Under the pieces are notes generated by a model, which saw nothing but the letters and a program-made list of their open reading frames with translations, ran no database searches and had not been told where the DNA came from. DNA of 32,000 nucleotides from the NCBI RefSeq assembly GCF_000981785.2, contig NZ_CP011304.1, positions 3,690,001 through 3,722,000 of the forward strand, written 5' to 3'. Source of the DNA: Microcystis aeruginosa NIES-2549. Its GTDB lineage: Bacteria; Cyanobacteriota; Cyanobacteriia; Cyanobacteriales; Microcystaceae. Below, piece after piece: positions 1-9,694 of the stretch (position 1 is the first letter of the stretch; each line of letters opens with the position of its first letter). The position numbers and the translations under genes were made by a program.

Positions 1-172
1 TTACCTTATAGGATTCACTAACTACCTTTCCCTTTAACTGTTCTCTGACTTTTAACAGAGAACTAACGGGTAAACGGGATATCAATTCATAGACGAGACG
101 TTCCTTTTCGGTATCTGCATATTCTTCCAGCGAGAATTCGCCAGAAAGAATTCTTTGGATAAAGTTGCTCAT
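1..172 (-). CDS. hypothetical protein, N-terminal part only (runs off left window edge)
   Basis: ATG at 172-170 (minus) lies 9 nt downstream of GGAGGA (complement of 182-187). The frame stays open for 57 codons to the window edge (MSNFIQRILSGEFSLEEYADTEKERLVYELISRLP...). It sits directly downstream of the 196-630 gene on the same strand. No family recognised. Confidence 0.35.
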   Translation of the reverse strand, partial: MSNFIQRILSGEFSLEEYADTEKERLVYELISRLPVSSLLKVREQLKGKVVSESYKV

Positions 173-195
173 TTGTGAGATTCCTCCTGCTAATT

Positions 196-630
196 TTATT
201 TCGACGGGTTTTTTTGTTGCGCTTCCGCTCGTTTTTGGGCTAGTTCTGGTGAATCTAATCTTTCAACTCCTAAGATTTCCGAAAAAATCTTACGATTCCA
301 ACCAACTAGGTGCATTTGAGTAAATTCCTGAAAGAAGATGTACATACGATTAGCTGGTACACTAAATCTTTCTAATAAAATATCACTGATGCTTTCTGTC
401 AGTTTTTTGGTAACTTCCGCAGACATAGTTAGACTGAGAAGTTGGACTACTGCCGCTGGTTTATCGTAATCCCCGCCAAAGGAGACATTGACTTTGGTGT
501 TAACAACAACCAAAATCATCTCCTTCGGATCCCCTTTGTTAATATGAACCTGCTCCGTAACCTGAGTGATGACATTTTGAATCACATCCCGCTCAAAGTC
601 ATGATTGGTCTCAATCCTCACAAATGGCAT
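196..630 (-). CDS. MIF / tautomerase-superfamily protein (macrophage migration inhibitory factor-like)
   Basis: 144 aa. N-terminal Met-Pro (MPFVRIETN) fits the catalytic Pro-1 of the tautomerase superfamily. Overall pattern (GDPKEMILVVV...FGG...KPAAVVQLLSL...RMYIFFQEF) resembles MIF-family proteins. Recognised by eye only. Confidence 0.6.
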   Translation of the reverse strand: MPFVRIETNHDFERDVIQNVITQVTEQVHINKGDPKEMILVVVNTKVNVSFGGDYDKPAAVVQLLSLTMSAEVTKKLTESISDILLERFSVPANRMYIFFQEFTQMHLVGWNRKIFSEILGVERLDSPELAQKRAEAQQKNPSK

Positions 631-1317
631 CTAAATCCTCCCCTTAGTAAAGTATGGGTAAATGGCGAATCGAACAGCCGAGAACAACCAAGAAGTCACC
701 CGACTACGAGAAAATTTCGGTCTCGGATAAAAATTTTTGGAAACTGTTTTTATCGCATTAGACCTTCAACATCCTCTTTCTTAAAACCTAGACTTTAACT
801 CTTGTCACTGTAATCGTTTTTCCTTTCCAACACAACCAAAGTTTACCAACTTAAGGAAAAAGTTCGTAAAATTCCCCAAACCCTTACCCTACCTAACCTC
901 CAGCCCATCCACTCCCTCGCAAAAATCCTTGACTTGGGAAAAATCCCCAACTTTACCAACTTAAGCCCAAGCTTTGTCAAAATACCCTGACAATCTCTCC
1001 ACTCTCCGACCCCCCAAACTTTGGCTTCATCCCCAAAATCACAAGAGCCGCGATCCACATCAAAAAAGGTCTTAACCCATGACAAACACTTCACCCAAGA
1101 GAACTTTCGGATTTTATTCCAGGATTCCAATTTTAATAACCTTACTTAGGGCTTGCTGAATAAATCTAAAAACCTTGTTGGGTAAGACTTTTAGGCTTTT
1201 TGTCAATCAAAAAGTACCAAATATGGGAGTGATCGGGGGAAAATTCAGGGACTTTTTCCCCGAAAATTAATTTGACCCTCTGAAAACGGGTAAAACCCTA
1301 CACCCTAGACCCGTTCG

Positions 1318-1412
1318 GACTTCGGACGTTCGGCGAGACTTCGGACGTTCGGCGAGACTTCGGCGTGAGCTTTTGTCGAACGCTCAGTCGAACGCTGAGC
1401 TCACGGCCGAAG
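1318..1412. repeat. GC-rich structured repeat module: 19-nt tandem repeats followed by a long imperfect hairpin
   Basis: GACTTCGGACGTTCGGCGA occurs at 1318-1336 and 1337-1355, with a partial third copy from 1356. GTCGAACGCT(C/G)A is duplicated at 1375-1398. CTTCGGCGTGAGC (1358-1370) pairs with GCTCACGGCCGAAG (1399-1412) with one bulge. The module sits in AT-rich non-coding sequence flanked by CCCTACAC-type runs. Confidence 0.6.
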
Positions 1413-1610
1413 CCTACACCCCACACCCTACCCCCACGAAAAACTTTTTGCCGCAAACCCTACTTAAGTACATAATAACTGTTCAAGGAGAATCATCAGC
1501 GAATTCACCAGGTTAAAATCCTGACTCCTAGTGCAAACTTTAAATCTTGTAAAAAAAGTAATTTTTTGTATCCCCATTGATTATCATAACAGAAAATTCT
1601 GCTAATCTCT

Positions 1611-1955
1611 ATGTTGATGAGGCAACTTATGGAACAGTCAAACGGTAAATCTTCTCGCCAACGGGGCGTAATCTTAACATCCATCGGCTACCAAAAACTG
1701 CACCGTGCTAAAGTGAATTGGGAAACAAAACAAAACACTCGCTGCACCTTAGACATTCTTAGCCAACAAACTGGACTGACCCCCAATACTCTCAGTAAAA
1801 TTTTTAGTTGCTCTGTCGCCGTTGATAAACGTAGTCTGTACGTCTGCTTTTCTGCCTTTAATCTCGATTTAGACGGTCAAGATTATTTATCCAGTTTTAC
1901 CCTTGCCTACAAAGACCGCCAATTTTCACATTGGGGGATAAATATGAACTTTTAA
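1611..1955 (+). pseudogene. probable truncated remnant: N-terminal HTH-like domain of a large cyanobacterial signalling (NACHT/WD40/vWA-associated type) protein
   Basis: The 114-aa ORF carries RGVILTSIGYQKLHRAK...LSQQTGLTPNTLSKIFS...DKRSLYVCFSAFNLDLDGQDY. This resembles the N-terminal HTH module that normally precedes more than 500 aa of NTPase and repeat domains. Here the frame ends shortly after, and no long ORF follows up to psbA. Confidence 0.35.
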
Positions 1956-2387
1956 AAGATCAATGATTGCGGCGTATAACAGAACTGTCTTTTATTCTCT
2001 CATAGCCATAATCGCCGCCGCTTATCAGAAAAAATGGGTTTAAAACCTCGCCCTTTAGGGCGACTTTATCCTAACATGAAATTAAGTCGTTGACTTTGGG
2101 AACGCAGGAAACAAGCGACACTCCGTAATCCCTAAATCTCTAACCATCACTGGTACAAAAGCTTTCATCGTCAGTCCACATGGTAAAAGCGAAAAACAAT
2201 TAAATACTGTGGGACACACAGAAATTTACGCTTGGAGAGTAGTCTTTAAGAGTGCTTGCCGTAAAAGGTGTAGTCGGACTAGACATGAAACTTTAAGACC
2301 AAAATTAGCTTTGCTAGTAGAGGCAAGATTCAGCCCAAGAATCACCGCACTTTTAGGGTGGTGATTGTCAACCCTCCCTTCTCAACG

Positions 2388-2412
2388 AAAAAGCACCCCC
2401 TCGCGGGAGTGC
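2388..2412 (-). terminator. rho-independent terminator of psbA
   Basis: On the minus strand, 20 nt after the psbA stop: GCACUCCC (2412-2405), loop GCGA, GGGGGUGC (2400-2393). This gives an 8-bp stem with one G-U pair, followed by UUUUU (2392-2388). Confidence 0.75.
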
Positions 2413-2432
2413 CTTTTCGTTCAGACTAGGAA

Positions 2433-3515
2433 TTAACCATTGATAGCGGGAGCAATCAGAGCTACGGGAGCCTGTTCACCACTAGCTAAGTCTAAGGGGA
2501 AGTTGTGAGCGTTGCGCTCGTGCATTACTTCCATACCGATACCAGCGCGGTTTAACACATCGGCCCAAGTACCGATTACACGACCTTGAGAATCGAGAAT
2601 CGACTGGTTGAAGTTGAAACCGTTGAGGTTGAACGCCATGGTGCTAACACCCATTGCGGTAAACCAGATACCGATTACCGGCCATGCACCTAAGAAGAAG
2701 TGCAGAGAGCGGCTATTGTTGAAAGAAGCGTATTGGAAGATTAAACGTCCGAAGTAACCGTGAGCGGCAACGATATTGTAGGTTTCTTCCTCTTGACCGA
2801 ATTTGTAACCGTAGTTCTGAGATTCGATTTCAGTGGTTTCACGCACTAAGGAAGAAGTTACTAAGGAACCGTGCATCGCGGAGAACAGAGAACCGCCGAA
2901 CACACCAGCCACACCTAACATATGGAAGGGGTGCATCAGGATGTTATGTTCTGCTTGGAACACGAACATAAAGTTGAAGGTTCCAGAGATTCCTAAAGGC
3001 ATACCATCAGAGAAAGAACCTTGTCCGATGGGATAGATTAAGAATACAGCAGTAGCGGCGGATACAGGTGCAGAGTAAGCTACACAGATCCAAGGACGCA
3101 TTCCTAAACGGAAAGACAGTTCCCACTGACGACCGAGGTAGCAGAAGACACCTAGTAAGAAGTGGAAAATGACTAACTGGTAGGGACCACCGTTGTATAA
3201 CCACTCATCTAAGGAAGCAGCTTCCCAGATGGGGTAGAAGTGGAGTCCAATCGCGTTGGAAGAGGGAACAACAGCACCAGAGATGATGTTGTTTCCGTAG
3301 AGTAGAGAACCAGCTACAGGCTCGCGGATACCGTCGATATCTACGGGAGGAGCGGCGATAAAGGCGATGATGAAGCAGGTGGTGGCGGTGAGCAGGGTGG
3401 GGATCATGATCACACCGAACCAACCGACATAAAGACGGTTGTTGGTGCTGGTGATCCACTGACAGAACTGCTCCCACAGGGAAGCGCTCTCGCGCTGTTG
3501 TAGAGTGGTGGTCAT
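2433..3515 (-). CDS. psbA: photosystem II reaction-centre protein D1
   Basis: 360 aa, unmistakable D1 sequence ([10 protein letters not shown]...[23 protein letters not shown]...[13 protein letters not shown] plus a 16-aa C-terminal extension [16 protein letters not shown]). Residue 130 is Gln (GRQWEL), the D1:1-type signature. Confidence 0.99.
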   Translation of the reverse strand: MTTTLQQRESASLWEQFCQWITSTNNRLYVGWFGVIMIPTLLTATTCFIIAFIAAPPVDIDGIREPVAGSLLYGNNIISGAVVPSSNAIGLHFYPIWEAASLDEWLYNGGPYQLVIFHFLLGVFCYLGRQWELSFRLGMRPWICVAYSAPVSAATAVFLIYPIGQGSFSDGMPLGISGTFNFMFVFQAEHNILMHPFHMLGVAGVFGGSLFSAMHGSLVTSSLVRETTEIESQNYGYKFGQEEETYNIVAAHGYFGRLIFQYASFNNSRSLHFFLGAWPVIGIWFTAMGVSTMAFNLNGFNFNQSILDSQGRVIGTWADVLNRAGIGMEVMHERNAHNFPLDLASGEQAPVALIAPAING

Positions 3516-3568
3516 TGGTTTATGATTCCTATTAAGTTATCGAGGTACGATTGATTGATGATGTCTCT

Positions 3569-3597
3569 ATCTTAGAGAGTTTGTATCGGTTTGTAAA
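3569..3597 (-). promoter_or_regulatory. candidate sigma70-type psbA promoter
   Basis: On the minus strand: TTTACA (3597-3592), a 17-nt spacer, then TAAGAT (3574-3569). This would give a 5' UTR of roughly 45-50 nt before the ATG at 3515. Sequence-pattern call only. Confidence 0.5.
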
Positions 3598-3834
3598 GGG
3601 GTTTGACAAAAGTATTACTTGTTGAAATGATAAGTTGGGCTTATATATCTCAGTTTTCGGCTTCAAGTCCCAATTATCGGAACTTCCACTATTTATATCT
3701 ACTACAATAGCCAAAAACCCTTGTCCATCAATGGATATACCCGTTAACATCTCTTGATGTATCCATGTTTATTGTAGGATTTATTAATGGTCAGGGATGG
3801 AGCCTATTTGCTAAAATGCTAGTCATGTATGTAG

Positions 3835-4197
3835 AAAAAGTTTCTAACCGTTCTTTTCTTTTTATTTATGTTAGCTTATTATGTGGAATGGCATTTAAAA
3901 CAGTCCTTAGCTGCTTTATTCTTTGAAGATGAAGAAATTGATAATAGTTCCCTGAATGTGATTAAAATCAGTCGCAGTCAATCGGTGCAATCTAAGGAGA
4001 GAAAAAAACGGAATCAAGACAACATACCTAGGCATAGTTTTCGGACTTTATTGGAGGACTTGGAGACGATTTGCTTGAATAAGGTAGAATGTATGATTAG
4101 AGAGGGAAGTTATCGTTTTTCTAAGATAAATCGACCGATTTCTCTGCCAAAAAAGGCGTTAGATTTATTAGGGGTTTCCTTAATTTGTAGCCAGTAG
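3835..4197 (+). pseudogene. C-terminal fragment of an IS1634/IS4-like transposase (IS remnant)
   Basis: The frame opens just after a stop at 3832-3834 and reads KKFLTVLFFLFMLAYYVEWHLKQ...HSFRTLLEDLETI...KKALDLLGV. This matches my recollection of IS1634-family transposase C-termini. The roughly 400 aa of N-terminal transposase sequence is missing. Confidence 0.55.
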
Positions 4198-4525
4198 CGA
4201 GCGGCACAAATTCTTTGAATCTCCCCCACAGCACAGGTTATGGCCTTTTGTCAACGGGTAAGTCTAGATATTTAAAAGATCTAATTTCACCGAAAGATTA
4301 ATTTAACCTTGATCTGTGGCCTGGCGGGGATTGATTTCTTAACCTTTTAATAAATTGATTTTTCCCCCGGTCAGGCTAGAATCAGTAGGATTAGCATCCA
4401 AGATAATCGGGGTAACTTTGGTTAATCTGGGGCAATGTAGCCTAAAAAAACGCCCAAAATAGTCAAATTTAGGCTGAAGTGGCTTCTTACTAACTGTTTA
4501 ATCTATTATTTAGGTATTAGACTCT

Positions 4526-6694
4526 ATGGCTAAAGCTTCTACCGTAACTTCTGAAATCGATCTTAAAGATTCGCAATATTACTTTAACCGAGAATTAAGC
4601 TGGTTAGAATTTAATCGTCGCGTGCTTTATGAGGCACTTGATCCTCGGACTCCCCTACTAGAAAGATTAAAATTTACTGCCATTTTTTGTGCCAATCTCG
4701 ACGAATTTTTTATGGTACGCGTGGCAGTTCTTAAACAACAGGTAGAGGCAAATGTAGCCGTTTTAAGTGCCGATGGCAGGACTGCCTCGGAACAGCTAAC
4801 CGAGATAAGTAACCGTCTGCGTCCCCTTGTGCAGCAGCAGGATCATCTTTTTGAACACACCCTGAAAAACCTCTTAGTAGAACAGGGAATTCATCTGATT
4901 AACTATGTAGATTTACATCAAGAACAGCGCAATTATCTCCACGATTACTTTGAACAAAATATTTTCCCCGTTTTAACTCCCCTGGCGGTGGATCCTAGTC
5001 ATCCTTTTCCCTATATTTCTAATCTTAGTCTCAATTTAGCCGTAGTCGTTCGCGATCCCGAGACCGATAAAGAACTATTTGCCCGGGTGAAAGTACCGCA
5101 GGTTTTCCCCCGTTTTCTGGCATTATCCAAAGAATTACGCCACCAAGACGGAAAGGCTTCGATTTGGACGGGAGTACCCCTTGAACAGGTGGTAATGCAC
5201 AATTTAGAGGCACTTTTCCCCGGCATGATCATCCAAGAATGTTATCCTTTTCGGGTGACACGCAACGCCGATATCTCCGTCGAAGAAGATGAGGCCGATG
5301 ATTTATTATTAGCGATCGAGGAAGAAGTACGCAAGCGCCGCATCGGTAAATCGGCAGTACGTCTGGAAATTCACAGTTCTACCCCTAGCAATATTAAAAA
5401 CCGGATCATGCGCGATCTCGGACTTGAGGAGATTGATGTTTACGATGTGGATGGACTGCTGGGACACAAAGATTTATTTTATTTTATGTCTTTACCCTGT
5501 CCCGAACTGAAAGATCCGCCTTGGAATCCTGTCACCCCAACGGTTTTACAGGGATTGCGAGAAATAGTTGACGGTAACGAAGACGGCATCCCAGAACAGG
5601 ATGGCGAAGATATTTTTACTTTAATTCGCAATAACGATATTCTCGTTCATCACCCTTACCATTCCTTTAGTGCCTCGGTACAACAGTTTATCGCTCAGGC
5701 TGCCCATGATGCCCATGTTTTAGCGATTAAAATGACCTTGTATCGTACTTCCGGAGATTCCCCGATTGTCAATTCCCTGATTGCGGCGGCGGAAAATGGT
5801 AAACAGGTAGCGGCGTTAGTAGAACTAAAAGCTCGCTTTGATGAGGAAAATAACATTAATTGGGCGAAAAAGCTCGAACAAGCCGGAGTTCACGTTGTTT
5901 ATGGCTTAGTTGGTCTAAAAACCCATACGAAAGTGGTTCTCGTGGTCAGAAAAGAAGGGGATAAAATCCGTCGTTATTTCCATATTGGCACGGGTAATTA
6001 TAACCCAAAAACAGCTAAATTATACACTGATTTGGGTTTACTTAGCTGTCGCGAGGATTTGGGGGCAGATATCACCGATTTATTTAACTTTCTGACCGGA
6101 TACTCCCGTCAGCAATCCTATCGCAAACTTTTAATTGCTCCCGTGAGTTTGCGAAAACGGATGTTAGCAATGATCGATCGCGAGGCCAAAAACTGTAAAA
6201 ATGGCGGTACGGGGCGCATTGTGGCAAAAATGAACTCTATTGTCGATAAACCGATTATAGAAGCTTTATACGCCGCTTCTCGTGCCGGTGTGCAGATTGA
6301 CTTAATTATTCGCGGCATCTGTTGTTTACGGCCCGGATTGCCGGAAGTGAGCGAAAATATCCGAGTAATTAGCATTATCGGCCGCTTTTTGGAACATTCC
6401 CGCATTTTTTACTTCTACAATGGTGGTCAGGAGGAGGTTTATATTGGTAGCGCCGATTGGATGACGCGGAACCTGACTCGTCGCGTGGAAGCAGTGACAC
6501 CCATCGATGAACCAGCGATCGCCAAGGAACTGGAAGAAATTCTCGGCATCATGTTGTCAGATAACCGGCAAGCATGGGAATTACAATCCGACGGCAGTTA
6601 TATTCAGCGTCGTGCTGCCAACCAGGGACAGGAAAGCAGTACCCATGTAATTTTAATGGAAAAAGCCCTTAAATCTGCGGGTATTACTCAATAG
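4526..6694 (+). CDS. ppk: polyphosphate kinase 1
   Basis: 722 aa. Typical PPK1 start (YFNRELSWLEFNRRVL), the phosphohistidine region (GLKTHTKVVLVVR) and tandem PLD-like C-terminal domains (FLEHSRIFYF). Confidence 0.97.
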   Translation: MAKASTVTSEIDLKDSQYYFNRELSWLEFNRRVLYEALDPRTPLLERLKFTAIFCANLDEFFMVRVAVLKQQVEANVAVLSADGRTASEQLTEISNRLRPLVQQQDHLFEHTLKNLLVEQGIHLINYVDLHQEQRNYLHDYFEQNIFPVLTPLAVDPSHPFPYISNLSLNLAVVVRDPETDKELFARVKVPQVFPRFLALSKELRHQDGKASIWTGVPLEQVVMHNLEALFPGMIIQECYPFRVTRNADISVEEDEADDLLLAIEEEVRKRRIGKSAVRLEIHSSTPSNIKNRIMRDLGLEEIDVYDVDGLLGHKDLFYFMSLPCPELKDPPWNPVTPTVLQGLREIVDGNEDGIPEQDGEDIFTLIRNNDILVHHPYHSFSASVQQFIAQAAHDAHVLAIKMTLYRTSGDSPIVNSLIAAAENGKQVAALVELKARFDEENNINWAKKLEQAGVHVVYGLVGLKTHTKVVLVVRKEGDKIRRYFHIGTGNYNPKTAKLYTDLGLLSCREDLGADITDLFNFLTGYSRQQSYRKLLIAPVSLRKRMLAMIDREAKNCKNGGTGRIVAKMNSIVDKPIIEALYAASRAGVQIDLIIRGICCLRPGLPEVSENIRVISIIGRFLEHSRIFYFYNGGQEEVYIGSADWMTRNLTRRVEAVTPIDEPAIAKELEEILGIMLSDNRQAWELQSDGSYIQRRAANQGQESSTHVILMEKALKSAGITQ

Positions 6695-6697
6695 GAA

Positions 6698-6739
6698 CAG
6701 TTACCAGTTACCAGTTACCAGTGATCGGTTATCAGTGTC
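6698..6739. repeat. heptamer tandem repeat (STRR-like)
   Basis: Six consecutive 7-nt units follow the ppk stop: CAGTTAC x3, then CAGTGAT, CGGTTAT, CAGTGTC. Confidence 0.85.
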
Positions 6740-6791
6740 TGTGAGTTTTATTGCTATTCACTGTTTACTGATCACTGGAAAAAGCTGACTA

Positions 6792-6860
6792 ACTGGTTGA
6801 GAGGTTAAACCATCTCAAAAGCTGAGAGCAAGCATCTTGATCTGTATTTTCTCAACCAGT
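6792..6860. terminator. long inverted repeat between convergent ppk and flavodiiron genes (possible bidirectional terminator)
   Basis: ACTGGTTGAGA (6792-6802) is the exact reverse complement of TCTCAACCAGT (6850-6860). The loop is 47 nt and contains a smaller TCTCA/TGAGA hairpin. There is no clean U tract, so terminator function is uncertain. Confidence 0.3.
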
Positions 6861-6877
6861 CAAATCAAGCAAGAATC

Positions 6878-8602
6878 CTAATAATAATTACCGACTTTGC
6901 GATGGTGAACAGCCGTTAAACTATCAGGTTTAGAAACGCGACCATCGGTGACTTTATTGTAAACAATCCAGTGGTCAGCACATTCCATGCGACTAACTAC
7001 CTCACATTCTAAATAAGCGAGGGCATCGGCTAAAATCGGCGAACCATTATTAGCGGTGCGAGTATTGACTCCTGCAAAACGATCTTCCCCGGGTCCGAAA
7101 CGTTTTAAAAAGTGTTTCATCAGGGTTTGATAATTGCCTTCTTCCAGAATATTTAAAATGAATTGATCCCCCACTTGCATTAAAGACTCGATCGCCCGAT
7201 CTTTGGCCACAGCAACGGTAAAACCGGGAGGATCAAAACTTGCTTGAGTCACCCAAGAAGCGACCATTGCCCCGCTTCTGTCTCCTTTCTTGGTGGTAAT
7301 AATATATAGACCACCGCTAATCCGTCCGATGGCTTTATCGAGGTCAGTATCGAGGGATTTTCTTTGTTTAACTTTTACCTCTTGGGTTAATAGTTGTCCC
7401 ATATCTGTTCCCGCTTCTTCACAGCGTTGATAGAGACTCTCGTTAGGAGTTTCTGTGCTACGAATTGGTTCAAAAGCTTTGGTTAAGCCAACTTCACGAA
7501 ACTTATTAAATAGAGGTAAAATCGGTTCATCATCACCCCCTTGACATTCAAACATTCCGAGGTATTGTTTGGGGTTAACCGAGGCGAGAATTGTGCCTAG
7601 ATTACCCGTAATTTCTTGGGCATGAATACCAGAAACGGGGGGAGTCCCGATGACGATTCCCACCGCAGAAGAAGCTAATTCTTTTACCTCTTGGGGATCG
7701 GCAGATTTCAGATCTAAAGTTTCTACAGCCAAACCAGTTTTAGTAATACCTTTGGCAATAGATTGACAGAGGCGATCACTATAACCATAGTCGGAAATAT
7801 AGAAAACAGCGACGGTTTTTTCTGCCTTAGTTTGTGCCTGACTCCAATCACGATAATGGTTCAATAATTCGCTAATATTATGTTTTAATACCGGTCCATG
7901 ACCATTAGCCACGAAATTAATATTACCCAGGGGTTCCATCCGTTTCATCGCCGCTAGTACGGAACGAGCATTAGGAGCCATTAAACACTCATAATAGAAA
8001 CGATAATCCGGTTCAATAGCACTTAATTGCTCATCGTAAAGATCATCGGAACAGTAGTGCATTCCGAAGGCATCACAGGTAAATAAAATTCCCGAACCGT
8101 GATCGTAGGTAAAAATAGTATCGGGCCAGTGTAAATTAGGAGCGTTAACAAATTCGAGAATATGACCGTTGCCTAGGTCTAACTGATCGCCATTTTTGAC
8201 CAGTTGACGTTGAAAGGGATGATGAACTAAATTCTCTAAAAACTGAATTGCCACTTTCGCCCCAACGACGGTAATATTGGGAGCGAGTTGCAATATATCT
8301 CTGACCAATCCACTGTGATCGGGTTCGGTATGACTGATAATTAAATAATCGATTTCTTGGGGGTTAATTAATCCGTTGAGGCTATCAAAATATAGTTGAC
8401 GGAATTTTTCGTGAGAGGTATCCACAAGGGCGATTTTTTCCCCACGAATCAGATAGGAGTTATAAGTCGTACCGTTTTGTAATCCGAATTCAATATCGAA
8501 GCGATCGCGATCCCAATCGAGGGAACGAATAGCGGTGGTGTCTGCGGTGAGATCGGCCACCTGCATGGTGAGACGTTTTGTTTTGACTGGTGTAGCAACC
8601 AT
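6878..8602 (-). CDS. flavodiiron protein (A-type flavoprotein with C-terminal flavin-reductase domain), Flv3/Flv4-like
   Basis: 574 aa. It has a metallo-beta-lactamase-like domain with the canonical diiron ligand motif HTEPDH (IISHTEPDHSG), a flavodoxin-like middle domain and a C-terminal flavin reductase-like domain (GGLYIITT...MVASWVTQASFDPP). SD AAGGAGAG lies upstream. Which Flv paralogue it is cannot be settled by eye. Confidence 0.92.
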   Translation of the reverse strand: MVATPVKTKRLTMQVADLTADTTAIRSLDWDRDRFDIEFGLQNGTTYNSYLIRGEKIALVDTSHEKFRQLYFDSLNGLINPQEIDYLIISHTEPDHSGLVRDILQLAPNITVVGAKVAIQFLENLVHHPFQRQLVKNGDQLDLGNGHILEFVNAPNLHWPDTIFTYDHGSGILFTCDAFGMHYCSDDLYDEQLSAIEPDYRFYYECLMAPNARSVLAAMKRMEPLGNINFVANGHGPVLKHNISELLNHYRDWSQAQTKAEKTVAVFYISDYGYSDRLCQSIAKGITKTGLAVETLDLKSADPQEVKELASSAVGIVIGTPPVSGIHAQEITGNLGTILASVNPKQYLGMFECQGGDDEPILPLFNKFREVGLTKAFEPIRSTETPNESLYQRCEEAGTDMGQLLTQEVKVKQRKSLDTDLDKAIGRISGGLYIITTKKGDRSGAMVASWVTQASFDPPGFTVAVAKDRAIESLMQVGDQFILNILEEGNYQTLMKHFLKRFGPGEDRFAGVNTRTANNGSPILADALAYLECEVVSRMECADHWIVYNKVTDGRVSKPDSLTAVHHRKVGNYY

Positions 8603-8986
8603 CGAACCTCTCCTTATTGTTAAGTTTTTTATACTTTGTCTCTATTGTGCCACGAGGAAATAAGGTATGGGGATTTATTTTCCCATAATTACTGATAACA
8701 GTTATCTTAATGGTCAGGCTGCATCTCACATTTGCAGGAATACCGACAATCAGCAATTATCAGTGACTCTTAGATGATGACAAATGTATCAGCAGCAGCC
8801 TGTGAGCATCCCACCGAAAAGCTAATGCGCTCTAGGGTTTCGGGGGTTCTACCCCCAAAGGCTGGGATTGAGTGATAGAATCGGAAGTAATGCCAGATTT
8901 TAGCCGAGAGTTTCCCCGTAAAAATCCCAACTTGGTAGATTTACAAAAATGAGATGCACCCTGGACATTGCCCACCGTACTACTAT

Positions 8987-9694
8987 TTATTGAATTTTAA
9001 CATTTAATTTATAGGTGGCATTGCCGCGAGTTCCGCCTACAATTATTTCATAATTTCCAGTAGCAGGTAATTTTAAACTAGATTGGGTAGCTTCTGTTTT
9101 CAATATTTCCCCATTCGGTGCAATCACATCAAATACGGCATTATTTTCTAACGATGTAATTTTCACATCCATTCTCTGTCCTTGATTCGCTCTTAATAAA
9201 TAAATATCTCTACTCCCTCGCACAACCGATTGATTAACAGTGGCACTATTAGTTCCTGGTGCAAACCGGATTTGAGACAATAAACAAGGTTCTTTTTGAT
9301 AAACCACTCGTCCCGTATTCAAAGAATCTGCGGTTAACGTCCATATTTCTTGAGTTTTTTGGTTGTCTAACTCAATTTTTGTCCTGATATTTAAGTTTAA
9401 CTGATTCCCTTTTTTTGTTCCTTGTAAGGTTTGAGTATAGGAAGTATAATAGGATTCTTGTTCATTATGAATCGTAGCTTCTACCCGACCCGTGACTTGA
9501 TTTCCCTGAATATAAATCCTTGCCGTAGAATCCAGATTATCATTCGCGACTGAAAAACAATAACCCTGAATCGAAGAGGCACTGGGAGCTTGAGCAACTT
9601 GTAGGGGGAAATGATTTGCCATCCCTGGTGTAACATTCAGTAAACTGGCAAAAACGACTACACATCCTAATAATTTCATCATAATCATGACCAT
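8987..9694 (-). CDS. secreted hypothetical protein (signal peptide; beta-rich C-terminal domain)
   Basis: 235 aa. The N-terminus MVMIMMKLLGCVVVFASLLNVTPGMA looks like a Sec signal peptide. The remainder is a beta-strand-like alternating pattern ending ...ATGNYEIIVGGTRGNATYKLNVKIQ. The start could be any of the clustered Met codons. No family recognised. Confidence 0.6.
   Translation of the reverse strand: MVMIMMKLLGCVVVFASLLNVTPGMANHFPLQVAQAPSASSIQGYCFSVANDNLDSTARIYIQGNQVTGRVEATIHNEQESYYTSYTQTLQGTKKGNQLNLNIRTKIELDNQKTQEIWTLTADSLNTGRVVYQKEPCLLSQIRFAPGTNSATVNQSVVRGSRDIYLLRANQGQRMDVKITSLENNAVFDVIAPNGEILKTEATQSSLKLPATGNYEIIVGGTRGNATYKLNVKIQ

Noticed and set aside
843-1130. 95-aa ORF on the minus strand
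   Set aside because: It has a Trp/Lys/Gly-rich low-complexity composition, lies in repeat-laden non-coding sequence, and has no recognisable family or RBS.
2833-3477. ORFs 2833..3036(+), 3007..3204(-) and 3205..3477(-) overlapping psbA
   Set aside because: These are alternative-frame or antisense ORFs inside an unambiguous, highly conserved gene.
3532-3750. 72-aa ORF (minus) upstream of psbA
   Set aside because: It overlaps the candidate psbA promoter and 5' UTR, and it is AT-rich with no recognisable features.
8757-8986. Possible small RNA or small ORFs (33-aa and 20-aa) between the flavodiiron gene and the secreted-protein gene
   Set aside because: There is only a short GGGGG/CCCCC hairpin. 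The small ORFs have no RBS, and I recognise no RNA family.
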